A stretch of DNA of 64,000 nt from Chloroflexi bacterium ADurb.Bin180. Its GTDB lineage: Bacteria > Chloroflexota > Anaerolineae > UBA2200. The stretch is from positions 21,778 through 85,777 of the forward strand of contig MWCV01000009.1 in NCBI GenBank assembly GCA_002070215.1, given 5' to 3'. The notes below the pieces were generated by a model that did no database searches, was not told the DNA's origin, and saw only the letters and a list, made by a program, of their open reading frames with translations. How positions within the stretch are numbered: the stretch's first letter is position 1; the number at the start of each line of letters is the position of its first letter. This document shows, piece by piece, positions 11,301 to 18,868 of this stretch. The position numbers and the translations under genes were made by a program.

Positions 11301-11372
11301 AAAAATGGCGTCCTCGAGGTCGCCTCTGAGCACCTCGGGGCGTGGAACACAGGTTTCTCGTACCGACTTCAT
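8310..11372 (-). CDS. DUF499-type P-loop ATPase (BrxC/PglY-like), first gene of the defence operon
   Basis: 1020 aa. Walker A is 'LRLSTGFGGGKTHTLIALWHL' and Walker B is 'PVLILLDELVMYM'. An AAGGAGGG SD precedes the ATG at 11372. Confidence 0.8.
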   Translation of the reverse strand: MKSVRETCVPRPEVLRGDLEDAIFAADFGQVVGGVAPSVYQDPERFFANTYPTATLKKVVTTVFDRLANPNEAGFPLRLSTGFGGGKTHTLIALWHLAHNIARPTLGTQLLPAAGRPRRVAVAGLDARAFGKSLVAEHGAIKVHSLWGEVAYQLGGEPAYRAIEAMDSPDDVPPASKVREMLPDGPVLILLDELVMYMAILNEQEKNAVLSFVSTLMAEVGARRQAVLVLTDPAGQPVYAKQAHELIEATRLSAAASDLDGIIGRRASGFDPVGKEAAEVIVRRLFEHIERGAAETASSEYYRAYERVKAELPEALPGGAAVDYAKVISRTYPFHPRLLETAQDRLAALQDFHKSRGTLRLFARIVRDVWEQERDLFLISAGDLDWGSSRIQADLLDRLHRDSFKPSVNADVLRHARQLDEVQGSDVHRRVATALLLESLPLNERATMSKADLTLAVLRPNETGSEPGEAVDRLLQHCWHIYHDEGRTRFQFRYEPNINKIIEERSGTVSSEDARQAVRTMAHNYFRGTVFTLVAYPNGPSAVADSAQLKLVLTESEALAQEICDYTEEADAGNRFPRRFRNAILGIAATPAQFEVAAQATRRLTVAQEIQRQEQERCTGRTRTTPLLDEVKALLPDLQLTARRQTLRAFNRVVFQGRPSVTLTEEYLVSNVGPLRDVDGQTKLKDMLDDKHLIYEAGDALDVDLLLDELVKGATPSLEHDGAVLASAVHERALASPRLRLMRDEEPVRKAIRKAIEEGRLLLRLPDGSVYARQGCYTGPPEQRSLQAGVQCPAFSLSSDVLLAPSSAPCASAWQQVAAAPSGELLTIHQAATDKFTSEQKVRDAIDAGQLNGQEVDGQLMVVVDDKYRAWHPSGEAKTVSTKEWDEAVKYAARRPLLRLTLSTNSLDRAGDLIDIAQPFGARALWLSVNVSGELSGGGQLFFAVNDVKHSSPLKPIERAREMQRACNAATVQFSASLALDLAAPARPLGEEPVRNAKVKAAGTVSVEAEFGEEETSGAS

Positions 11373-11762
11373 CGGAGATCCCTCCTTAGCTATGCCGAAT
11401 GACGTCGCGTGGCCGGCCAGGCAAGAAGAACAGGCGCTGCTGGTCCAAGCGCTGGGCCGGGCCGGACTCTGTCCTGCCTGTCTCTGGATTCAGTTAGCTG
11501 CAATTGGGGAGCCCCGCCGAGCGCGAGGGGCAAAGCCGCCAGCATGAGGGGCACTGCGCAGGGCCGTATGGAGATGCCACAGGGGAAAGGACGCCGCATC
11601 ACACTCTCCCAGGCGATGGTTGGAATGGCGGCGAGGGCGCAACTCACCGCTGTGAGCTGGCAAGGCAGCTCACTGGGACATTATACTGTTGTTGCGGCCA
11701 GCCCGCAACAAAATAACACGGCTGACCCCTCGCGGGCCAGCCGTGTCCTCTTACTCCCTCCC

Positions 11763-11811
11763 TCGCGCTATTCCGTCGGCGGAGCGTCGGCCTCCAGCCG
11801 CTCCAGCGTCT
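11763..11811. repeat. 49-bp direct repeat, copy 1 (3' tail of the DUF3427 remnant); copy 2 is at 18863..18911
   Basis: 'tcgcgctattccgtcggcggAgcgtcGgcctccagccgctccagc' at 11763-11811 matches 18863-18911 with 2 mismatches. Both copies encode the C-terminal '...LERLEADAPPTE*' of a minus-strand ORF. Confidence 0.8.
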
Positions 11812-12105
11812 GGCGGGCGATGTGCCAGGCCCCGCTGCGCCAGCGCAAGCACAACCTGTCGGCCGACCCGTGACGGCACAGAGAGTCCCGGTGCATTACC
11901 CCACCTCGGTGATCCACTCGCGGCACTTGCGGTCGGCCCACTCCTGACCAAAGGTGACCAAAAAGGCGAAATCTCCGTCGCGCTCCGGCACCTGGACAAT
12001 CCCATGCTGACCCCACGTGCCGAGGTGAGGCCTGAAGCGACTACCAGGCGCCCGGATGTCGTGCACTTTTTGTCGGGTGTAGTCAGCGTATAGCTTCAGT
12101 TGCAC
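11768..12105 (-). pseudogene. frameshifted remnant of a second DUF3427 gene
   Basis: Two overlapping frames (69-aa and 82-aa ORFs) together encode '...YTRQKVHDIRAPGSRFRPHLGTWGQHGIVQVPERDGDFAFLVTFGQEWADRKCREWITE...WHIARQTLERLEA'. This is clearly homologous to the C-terminus of the 60..1193 protein. The upstream part of the gene is absent. Confidence 0.65.
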
Positions 12106-12138
12106 CTAGGGCTCCTCGTGCTCAAGCACCCCGCGACA

Positions 12139-13242
12139 CTATGACTCGCCGTGGGGTTTGAGTTCAGCTGCGAACTTGTCCAACTCATTGAGCATCAGCT
12201 CAAATGCGTTCACCATCGCCTCCAGATTAGCCTCGTCGACCGTAGCGCGGAGATAGTAGTTGCCGCCCTCTTTGAAGAGGCCGGTAGCGAGGATCTTCCG
12301 GCGCAGAGCGTCAGCAAAGGTCGGCTCGCGGATTGATCCAGCGAAATAGAATTCGAACCTACGCGGCGCCCAGCAGTAGGCAAACGTCGTCACGCCTGTG
12401 GGGAGGTCGGCACGCAAAGAGAGGCCCACCCGACCCCAATAGACAATGCAGCGTCCCGCTGCGGCTTGGTCGAGGGCGTGGGTAAAGAACTGCTTTGCGC
12501 CCGGGGCGCATTTGGCGAGGAACTCCTCTTGCGTGATCGGCCGAGTGGGCTGGGGTCGTCTCGCAGCCTCTGTCAGGCCGATAACACGGGGTGCTATGGC
12601 AGGGGGGTGGTCACCCTTCGCACTCTGGTACTGCTTCAGCTCGATGGCCAGCACCCGTACGTTCTCCATCTCCTCGTTCAAGAACTCCACCAAGCGGCGC
12701 AGCTCACTTGGCGTGCTATCCGTCACGAATATCAGGCGGATGCGCCGGCCCGCCAGGTTGCCTTCGACGACGCTCCAATATGCATCCTGGTCTTTATCTG
12801 CACCGAGGAGCTTGCTAACCTGGTCCTCCAGCGTTGCGCCCGCCTGCTCCGCCGTTTTCTCGGCCTGTGCCTTGATCTGGTCCACGCTCCAGTACTGAAC
12901 GCCGTTGGCCGCATAGTCGAGCATCTGCACCACGACCTCGCGACGAGTCCTTGTATCGGTTGCCCTCTTGCACTCCACAAAGGTGGGGATGCCGAACTGG
13001 TCAAGGAACAAGTGGTCGAGGCTCCACCTCCCCGCACCATCGGCGACGTCGGGGACGGGCATCTCGCGTGTGACCAGCATCCAGCGGCAGGGGTCGTCGG
13101 GTTCGATCTGGTCGCCTGGCAGCAGGTCTGGGTACTTGGCAAGCAGGTCCTGAAGCGCGTCCTCGCTCACATATTCACTCTCCTCCAGCGGAACCAGCGT
13201 TCCCTTCTCCTTGCCGATCAAGAAGATCTTGGATTTGAACAT
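12139..13242 (-). CDS. RecB-family-like PD-(D/E)xK nuclease-domain protein
   Basis: 'DHLFLDQFGIPTFVECKR...VVVQMLDYA' supplies the D...ExK...QxxxY motifs of RecB/Cas4-type nuclease cores. The preferred start is the ATG at 13242 (MFKSKIFLIG...), preceded by a GAGGGAGG SD. The ORF track extends it to 13275. Confidence 0.6.
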   Translation of the reverse strand: MFKSKIFLIGKEKGTLVPLEESEYVSEDALQDLLAKYPDLLPGDQIEPDDPCRWMLVTREMPVPDVADGAGRWSLDHLFLDQFGIPTFVECKRATDTRTRREVVVQMLDYAANGVQYWSVDQIKAQAEKTAEQAGATLEDQVSKLLGADKDQDAYWSVVEGNLAGRRIRLIFVTDSTPSELRRLVEFLNEEMENVRVLAIELKQYQSAKGDHPPAIAPRVIGLTEAARRPQPTRPITQEEFLAKCAPGAKQFFTHALDQAAAGRCIVYWGRVGLSLRADLPTGVTTFAYCWAPRRFEFYFAGSIREPTFADALRRKILATGLFKEGGNYYLRATVDEANLEAMVNAFELMLNELDKFAAELKPHGES

Positions 13243-13332
13243 CGCCCGTTCATCCTCCCTCAGCATTGTAAACATGGACGCTATCGTACGGTCGGCGGCT
13301 ACGGCACGAGAGCTAGTATGCTGTCGCCACGT

Positions 13333-13884
13333 TCATCGCCGAGCCTGGCCCGTCGGAAGGCACCAGCCGCAGTCGGCAAAGGGCCACCCCTTGCCTGCTG
13401 CAAAGGCACAGGCCTCCTCATACGTCGCGAACCCTCTGTAACCGCCTTCACCGTACTTGTGCTCGCCGCCATGCTGCCTGATGTACTTGCAGCCCGCGAG
13501 GTGAATCCTCGACCGGGAGTTGGCTCGGTTCCAGTACACGACGTAGCGTGCGTTGTCCAGGTCAGATGGCGCTGGCGAAGCGCGGGACCTGCCCCTGATG
13601 GAGGTGTTAGACTCCTCAGAGGCCTCACCGAGAATGCCAGTCGCCCCTACGGGCACGGGCGCAACCATGCTGTCCTCTGGCGCCGATGGCCGTGGCTGGC
13701 CCGGCCCCACGGGGATCTGGCCGACAGAGCCAGGTGCCTGCTCGGCAAGGACGGATGCATCGCTGTTCTTGATGAGGTTCGCCCGCCCTGTGCGCACCAT
13801 CCTTCGCCTTATGAAGTACCACGATGCGCCGGCGGCGAGCACGACCGCAGCTATCACCACCACCCGGTTCGGGGTCACCGTCAA
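13333..13884 (-). CDS. small membrane-anchored hypothetical protein with a Cys-rich C-terminus
   Basis: 183 aa. It has an N-terminal hydrophobic helix 'VVVIAAVVLAAGASWYFI', then a Pro/Ala/Ser-rich linker. The C-terminal ~70 aa carry 4 Cys ('HLAGCKY...EEACAF...FADCGWC'). It uses a TTG start with a poor SD, so the start is uncertain. Confidence 0.4.
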   Translation of the reverse strand: MTVTPNRVVVIAAVVLAAGASWYFIRRRMVRTGRANLIKNSDASVLAEQAPGSVGQIPVGPGQPRPSAPEDSMVAPVPVGATGILGEASEESNTSIRGRSRASPAPSDLDNARYVVYWNRANSRSRIHLAGCKYIRQHGGEHKYGEGGYRGFATYEEACAFAAGKGWPFADCGWCLPTGQARR

Positions 13885-13964
13885 TCTCCGTTCATGTCGC
13901 TTAGCCCTTCCGTGGCCGTCCGCCTTCTGGCGCCAAGAGCGCCATCGGCCTCGGAGACTACCCC

Positions 13965-16900
13965 TTAGCCATTCTGAATGAGCTCAATGAGCCGCTCGAT
14001 TTCGGCGCAGTCGATGCCTCCCCGCTCATCATCCTGGCTGGTTAGCAAAGTGCCATTGGGCCCTCCGCCCTGCGCGGCCGGAAGGATGCCCAGCGAGGCA
14101 TACCATTGCAGCTTGCGCTCCCACTTGCGCCGATAAGTAGGCTCTCGCAGCTTGCCCAGATGCTCCCAGTAGAACACCGCACCCGTCTCGTCATCGGCGA
14201 TGGTAAAGTCCGGGTAGCGCGGCGCGCCGCTCTTGCCGAGCAAGGGCTGCTCGTAGCGATACTCAATGTTGCGCGCATGAAGCATGTTGGCAATAATGAC
14301 CTCGGACTTGCTGCGGACCGGTTCACCGCGGAGGGTGCTATGGATGAGCTCCTGCTCGAGGAAGCGCTCCGTTGGTCCCTGCGCCTTGCCTGTCGCTTGC
14401 TCCCTGGATGGCAGGCGCACTAGATTGGGGGCGTGTAGGAGATTGGTCAGCCGCGCCGCGGCGTCGGAGTGATAGTCGTCGGAGAAGGCGCGCAACTCGT
14501 GAAAGTCGCCCTGGTGGAGAATGACCAGGCGGTCGTGCTGGCGGGTCAATGCGGTGTAGAGCAGCTCGCGCGACAACAGCCGACAAGGATTGGGTAGGAC
14601 GACTATGGTCAGTCCGAACTCGGACCCCTGCGCTTTGTGAATGGTGAGGGCGTAGGCGAGCTCCAACGGCGGATCGCCCTCTTCGCCGAAATCCTTGCCA
14701 CCAAAGCCGTAGGAGAACCCGAGCTGCGAGGCGAACTCTACCTGCAGTTTCCAGGGCGGGTCCCTGAATGGCCAATTCCTGCCTTTGAACTGGCCAACCA
14801 CAATCCCCACTTCGCCGTTGGCCACGTAGGCCAAGGCGTCCTGCTTTGGGTAGACGTCACGGTGGCGGTGGTTGACCAGGTTGATCACCTTGTCCCCGTA
14901 CAAGATGCCCTGTGGACCGATTGGCTTGGGAATGCGGCGCTGGGCGTTGAGAAGGTGCGCATCTCTTGCGGTCTGTCCGCGAAACCGTGTCTGGATGGTG
15001 CGGTTCAGCGCGTCCACACCGTGGGGAAGATTGCGCACCGGCGACAAGATCTGCCAGGCCTCGGCCCTCGTGGCGGCCCCTTCGCGACTGCCGGTAGTGG
15101 GCCAGAAGTAGTTGCGGCCTGCGTAGGGTGCCCCTCCGAGCGTTTGCTCGAAGGCGGCCGCGTCTGTCGCGTCCTGGAGTCGCAACTCCTCAACCAGCAC
15201 CTGCAGCAGCTTCTCCTGTAGCTCGTCCGAGTTGTCCCAGCGCACGAGCCGCAGCCGCGGCGAGAGGTCAGCGTCGGTCACCTGAGACCAGACCTCGTCA
15301 TCGCCAGGCTCCAAAGGCCGCCCGCTGAACCATTTGGCTAGCTCGAGGTCCAGGAACCGGTCGGTTTCCGCGGTTCCGGTAGCCTGCTGGCGGCGGACTA
15401 CCGTTAGCTCAGCTAGCCCAGGCACCACGAGGGGGAACAGTGCGTGGGCGTTCTCTGGCGTGAGGGCCCGCACGATGTCCAAGAATGGGCGGCCAGCGCC
15501 AATGGGCGGCAACTGCCGAGGATCGCCAACCAGCACCAGACGATCAACGCGGTCGAGCGCGTCCAGCACGGCCGCCAGCATGGCTTCGGTGAGCATGGAG
15601 CACTCGTCGATGATGACCGTGCGAGCGATATCGACCTTGGGAGCGGTGGACAATCGGTAAGTTCCGGTTGGTCCGTAGTAGCGATCCTTATCGAGGAGGA
15701 ACTGGGCGATGGTCTGCGCTCCAGGGATGTTGATCTTGACCCTCGCCTTGCCGGTGGGGGCCAGCACCAGCACCCCTCCGGCCTGGACCTCCGGCGCCTT
15801 GCACAGAACGCGTACCACGGTGGTCTTGCCTGTGCCGGCTGCGCCTGCAAGGACGCTCAGGCGCGAGGCGAACAGCTCCTGCAGTGCAGCCGTCTTCTCC
15901 TGGCGCGCAGACTCTTCAGTCTCGTCGCCGACGGGCCCCGTTAGCTCTCGGTCTAGCCTCTCGCGCCAGTCAATCTGGGCTTCGTGTCTCCTGCCCCTGA
16001 CACGCCTCTGCACCGCATTGCGAATGACCTCGCCGAACTCGCGCTGCTCTTTGAGTTGGTAGGCTGACGTGCCGTCGGCCAGTCGGACAATGGTGACGGA
16101 GGGTGCCAGATCCGTCTCGAGCACGTTCATCATGTCTTCATCGAGTGGCAGCTCTGGCTGCACCTGCTGGGCGCGAACGCGCCTCACGACTTGCGAGCGA
16201 GTTTGCAGGGTGTGACCCTCCAAGGCGGCGAGCTCTAGCTCTTGAACGATGAAAGCGCGCACTCGTCGTGCGTCAGTTGGATCGTCCACGCGCGACGGCG
16301 CCGGCAGGGCGTACTTCTCGCGCAGACTTGGGTCCGGAAAGACACCCCTGTCCACAGTACCCAGGGCAATCGCCGCCGGGGCCACGCGGTCACGCTCGTA
16401 GAGCTCGTATGGGTTCTTGAGCAGGTCGGAGTCATTGCAGTCGATTCGCAGCTCCTGGCGCGAGCCATCTTCGTGGACATAATAGCGGGTGGCCTGTTCT
16501 GGGAGCAGCTCAAAGCGACTCAGCAGTTGCAGCAGCGCGCGGCGTTCAGCGGGCAGGGCGATCCACTTCCTGCTGGTGGTGGCAGTGACGTGTTTGCGGA
16601 GAGCCTCCTGGAACGTTCGCGGTTCACGCAGCAACTTGTCTACCACCGGCCAAGGATCCCCGCCGTGCGCGGCCATTATCCTCTCCAATTCATAGGCCAG
16701 CAGAGTGCCCTTCTCAATGCCAAATGCAGTGAGGGCGGACCCGAGGCCGGGACAGGGTCCGCGCATCCGCCACAGCTCGCTCAATCGCTTGTCGATCCAG
16801 TCCCGTGCCTGGTCCCAATTGCCAGGCACGATGCTGGCGATGTTCTGCAGAGCTTTGTCGCAGGCCAGGAGCGCGGCGATGGCTCCGTCGTTGGTCACGT

Positions 16901-17750
16901 GCTCTGAGGTAAAGCTGAAGGACCAGAATTGGTCATCCGGAACAAAGGCCACATAGGGAGTTGGATCCTCCTCCGGGTGCGATCCGAGATAGGCGAGCAC
17001 CTCGTGGTATGGCAAGAGGAACCCTTCAGTGCCGGCAGGGCGGATCGAATGCTGCACGGCTCGGTCCCAGATCATCGATTGCAGAGCACCAGGCTGCTGG
17101 TAGCAGTACTCTACGGCGTTGGCGACGGCAGTCACACGCCCCACGCCCACCAGCACACGGCGAGTGTCCTCCACGAGAGGAGTACGCTTGGCATAGAAGA
17201 AGCAGAGCGACTGGTTCGGCTGGATCGCGCTGAAGAAGGTATCGAGCATCAGCAGTTGGTTGTGCTTGCTCTGCAGCCACGCAGTGGTGAAACCCATCAA
17301 CTCGGTGGCCTTCTGCTCTAGCTCTGGTGCAAAACCTAGCTCCAGTTCGGCTGTACGAGCTGGTGCGTTCTCTTTGAGCATCCAGTTGAAGGGGATACAG
17401 GCTGCTGAGTAGGCTGGGTGGCGGTAGGGGGTGGGTCCAAAGTGGGCATGAGCCTGGCTGCGTTCAACATAGGGGTGATTGAGTGTTCGCGTACTTTCCT
17501 GTGGGCACATAAAGTTGCCCCGTTCGCTGAGACAAGCAGGAAGCTGGTTAGGTGGGATCTCGGTCCAGCGCCTGCCTGCAAGCGCGCACTCCGCATCGTC
17601 GTCGCGCGTGTCACGAATGCGCCCCAGGATCAGGCAGGATAGGTTATCCTTTGGCTTCTGGCAGACCTTGCCGGTCCAGTCGGTGTCGTGCCAGGGCACC
17701 CGAATGGAGAGGTGCCGCAGGGGAAGCTGTCTCGCTCCGTCGGAAAGCAT
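13965..17750 (-). CDS. RecD/TraA-like SF1 helicase with an uncharacterised N-terminal domain and a C-terminal Vsr/DUF559-like PD-(D/E)xK endonuclease domain
   Basis: 1261 aa. Walker A is 'LAGAAGTGKTT', motif II is 'VIIDECSMLTE' and the RecD-type motif VI is 'ALTIHKAQGSEFG'. The C-terminal nuclease-like block is 'SKSEVIIANMLHARNIEYRYEQPL...YPDFTIADDETGAVFYWEHLG'. A GGGAGG SD lies 8 nt upstream of the ATG at 17750. Confidence 0.85.
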   Translation of the reverse strand: MLSDGARQLPLRHLSIRVPWHDTDWTGKVCQKPKDNLSCLILGRIRDTRDDDAECALAGRRWTEIPPNQLPACLSERGNFMCPQESTRTLNHPYVERSQAHAHFGPTPYRHPAYSAACIPFNWMLKENAPARTAELELGFAPELEQKATELMGFTTAWLQSKHNQLLMLDTFFSAIQPNQSLCFFYAKRTPLVEDTRRVLVGVGRVTAVANAVEYCYQQPGALQSMIWDRAVQHSIRPAGTEGFLLPYHEVLAYLGSHPEEDPTPYVAFVPDDQFWSFSFTSEHVTNDGAIAALLACDKALQNIASIVPGNWDQARDWIDKRLSELWRMRGPCPGLGSALTAFGIEKGTLLAYELERIMAAHGGDPWPVVDKLLREPRTFQEALRKHVTATTSRKWIALPAERRALLQLLSRFELLPEQATRYYVHEDGSRQELRIDCNDSDLLKNPYELYERDRVAPAAIALGTVDRGVFPDPSLREKYALPAPSRVDDPTDARRVRAFIVQELELAALEGHTLQTRSQVVRRVRAQQVQPELPLDEDMMNVLETDLAPSVTIVRLADGTSAYQLKEQREFGEVIRNAVQRRVRGRRHEAQIDWRERLDRELTGPVGDETEESARQEKTAALQELFASRLSVLAGAAGTGKTTVVRVLCKAPEVQAGGVLVLAPTGKARVKINIPGAQTIAQFLLDKDRYYGPTGTYRLSTAPKVDIARTVIIDECSMLTEAMLAAVLDALDRVDRLVLVGDPRQLPPIGAGRPFLDIVRALTPENAHALFPLVVPGLAELTVVRRQQATGTAETDRFLDLELAKWFSGRPLEPGDDEVWSQVTDADLSPRLRLVRWDNSDELQEKLLQVLVEELRLQDATDAAAFEQTLGGAPYAGRNYFWPTTGSREGAATRAEAWQILSPVRNLPHGVDALNRTIQTRFRGQTARDAHLLNAQRRIPKPIGPQGILYGDKVINLVNHRHRDVYPKQDALAYVANGEVGIVVGQFKGRNWPFRDPPWKLQVEFASQLGFSYGFGGKDFGEEGDPPLELAYALTIHKAQGSEFGLTIVVLPNPCRLLSRELLYTALTRQHDRLVILHQGDFHELRAFSDDYHSDAAARLTNLLHAPNLVRLPSREQATGKAQGPTERFLEQELIHSTLRGEPVRSKSEVIIANMLHARNIEYRYEQPLLGKSGAPRYPDFTIADDETGAVFYWEHLGKLREPTYRRKWERKLQWYASLGILPAAQGGGPNGTLLTSQDDERGGIDCAEIERLIELIQNG

Positions 17751-17799
17751 CGTTCAAACCTCCCGAGTTGCTAGTTTTGGTGCACTCGGCACATCCGGA

Positions 17800-18171
17800 C
17801 TACCCTAGGCCTCGTGCCGTTGATGCTTTCTCTGCGGCAAAGCTTGCACGGGTTCCTGGTGTTCCGGCTGTGTCCCGTAATACCACGCGATCATCGTTGA
17901 GCTCTTGCCAGATGAGCTCCTTGGCCGACTCGAGGCCATGGCGAGACATCCCTTGAAGCAGGTCCAGTACCCTCTGTTGTGCGTCTGTGGACACGGAGAC
18001 CTCCTGGTGGGTGTCGACCAAGCAACGGTGGCGCGGCCGCAGCGCGGGCGACGGTTTATGGGTTACAGCCGCGCGGCGTGGGGCACTGCGAGACGGCTGG
18101 GTTTCTGCGACTAGGCCGTCTAGCGAGGGGCCAACACGGCTCACGGGGGCATTATAGCCGTACCGTGGCAA
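17800..18171 (-). CDS. hypothetical small ORF upstream of the helicase gene
   Basis: 123-aa ORF. The C-terminal half, 'QQRVLDLLQGMSRHGLESAKELIWQELNDDRVVLRDTAGTP', looks protein-like while the N-terminal half is Arg/Pro-rich. There is no clear SD, so the call is weak. Confidence 0.2.
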   Translation of the reverse strand: MPRYGYNAPVSRVGPSLDGLVAETQPSRSAPRRAAVTHKPSPALRPRHRCLVDTHQEVSVSTDAQQRVLDLLQGMSRHGLESAKELIWQELNDDRVVLRDTAGTPGTRASFAAEKASTARGLG

Positions 18172-18208
18172 GCCTACAAACGTGTGCAGCAGGACGGACG
18201 TCCTCTCC

Positions 18209-18514
18209 CTACCCCCCCGCCACCCACGTTCCCTCCGCGGAGACCGACGTCAGACACTCGTAAGGCGGGTAGGGGAAGCTGATGGTAAGTTTGACTCCGC
18301 GAATGCTGTACGTGCCATGTGCCTCGGCGGCCGAATCAAACGTGCCGCTGAAGGCGAACATGGTGTCGTCGTAGAGGAACTGACCGTCGGTGATGGCCCG
18401 GGGCCCGGCGTTGCTCATCCCCGGCTCGCCGCGGACATTGCAGCCCGGCGCGTCACAGTTGATGGTGATCCAGAAATCCCTGCACTCGGAGCCGTCCGGC
18501 AAGACGTGGAACAT
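18209..18514 (-). CDS. hypothetical protein (~101 aa)
   Basis: From the internal Met, 'MFHVLPDGSECRDFWITINCDAPGCNVRGEPGMSNAG...TISFPYPPYECLTSVSAEGTWVAGG' has a non-degenerate composition. The upstream part of the 165-aa ORF is Arg/Pro junk. The SD is poor. Confidence 0.3.
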   Translation of the reverse strand: MFHVLPDGSECRDFWITINCDAPGCNVRGEPGMSNAGPRAITDGQFLYDDTMFAFSGTFDSAAEAHGTYSIRGVKLTISFPYPPYECLTSVSAEGTWVAGG

Positions 18515-18610
18515 CACCGGCCTGTTCGCGTCGGCGGTGCCGGGCCACAGCACGGGCGGGGTGCGGAAGCGAGCCACGAGGGGCACCAGGACTCGCGCCG
18601 CCCGTACGGG

Positions 18611-18807
18611 AGGCGCCCGGGCGGTTCCCGAACTGCCGCTACGCGAGGGGGCGGTTGTCGAGCAGCCCGTACGGGAAGGGGGAAGCAGGTCGCGAGGTGC
18701 CCCCACGGCCGGCCAGAGGGCGGTTCCCGAACCGCCCCTACGGGAGGCGGAAGCGCGGTTGTCGAACCGCTCCGACGACAGACGCGAGGGCGGCCCACCA
18801 GGCGCTC
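18611..18807. repeat. cluster of GC-rich palindromic hairpin repeats (GGCGGTT-N4-AACCGCC family), including a ~103-bp imperfect tandem duplication
   Basis: Repeated elements are 'gggcggttcccgaacTgccGctacgCgaggg' (~18613) and 'ggcggttcccgaacCgccCctacgGgaggcgg' (~18718), plus 'gcggttgtcgagcagccc' (~18647) and 'gcggttgtcgaaccgc' (~18755). Each is an inverted repeat of GGCGGTT/AACCGCC around a 4-nt loop. Confidence 0.55.
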
Positions 18808-18846
18808 GAATAAAAAGCGGGGGGCGGTTAGAAAACCGCCCCCCGC
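18808..18846 (-). terminator. Rho-independent terminator of the giant surface-protein gene
   Basis: Read on the minus strand just after the stop at 18869: 5'-GCGGGGGGCGGTT-TTCT-AACCGCCCCCCGC-TTTTTATTCG. This is a 13-bp perfect GC stem with a 4-nt loop and a T-tract. Confidence 0.75.
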
Positions 18847-18868
18847 GATTCCCTGTCTGCAGGTCGCG

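Noticed and set aside
60-11372. Assignment of the operon to canonical BREX or DISARM.
   Set aside because: No PglZ alkaline-phosphatase-like gene, no BrxA/BrxB/BrxL and no DrmA/DrmB (DUF1998) genes are present in the window. Only the ATPase, methylase and SNF2/PLD components match. It is described instead as a BREX/DISARM-like but distinct module.
12466-13968. 500-aa plus-strand ORF spanning the nuclease and membrane-protein genes.
   Set aside because: It is antisense to two minus-strand genes that have strong SDs and recognisable motifs. Its translation is low-complexity.
18515-18868. Possible CRISPR array, suggested by repeated GC-rich palindromes.
   Set aside because: The repeats are short hairpins of variable sequence and spacing, without regularly sized unique spacers. 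There are no cas genes, and the pattern fits REP-like elements or terminators.
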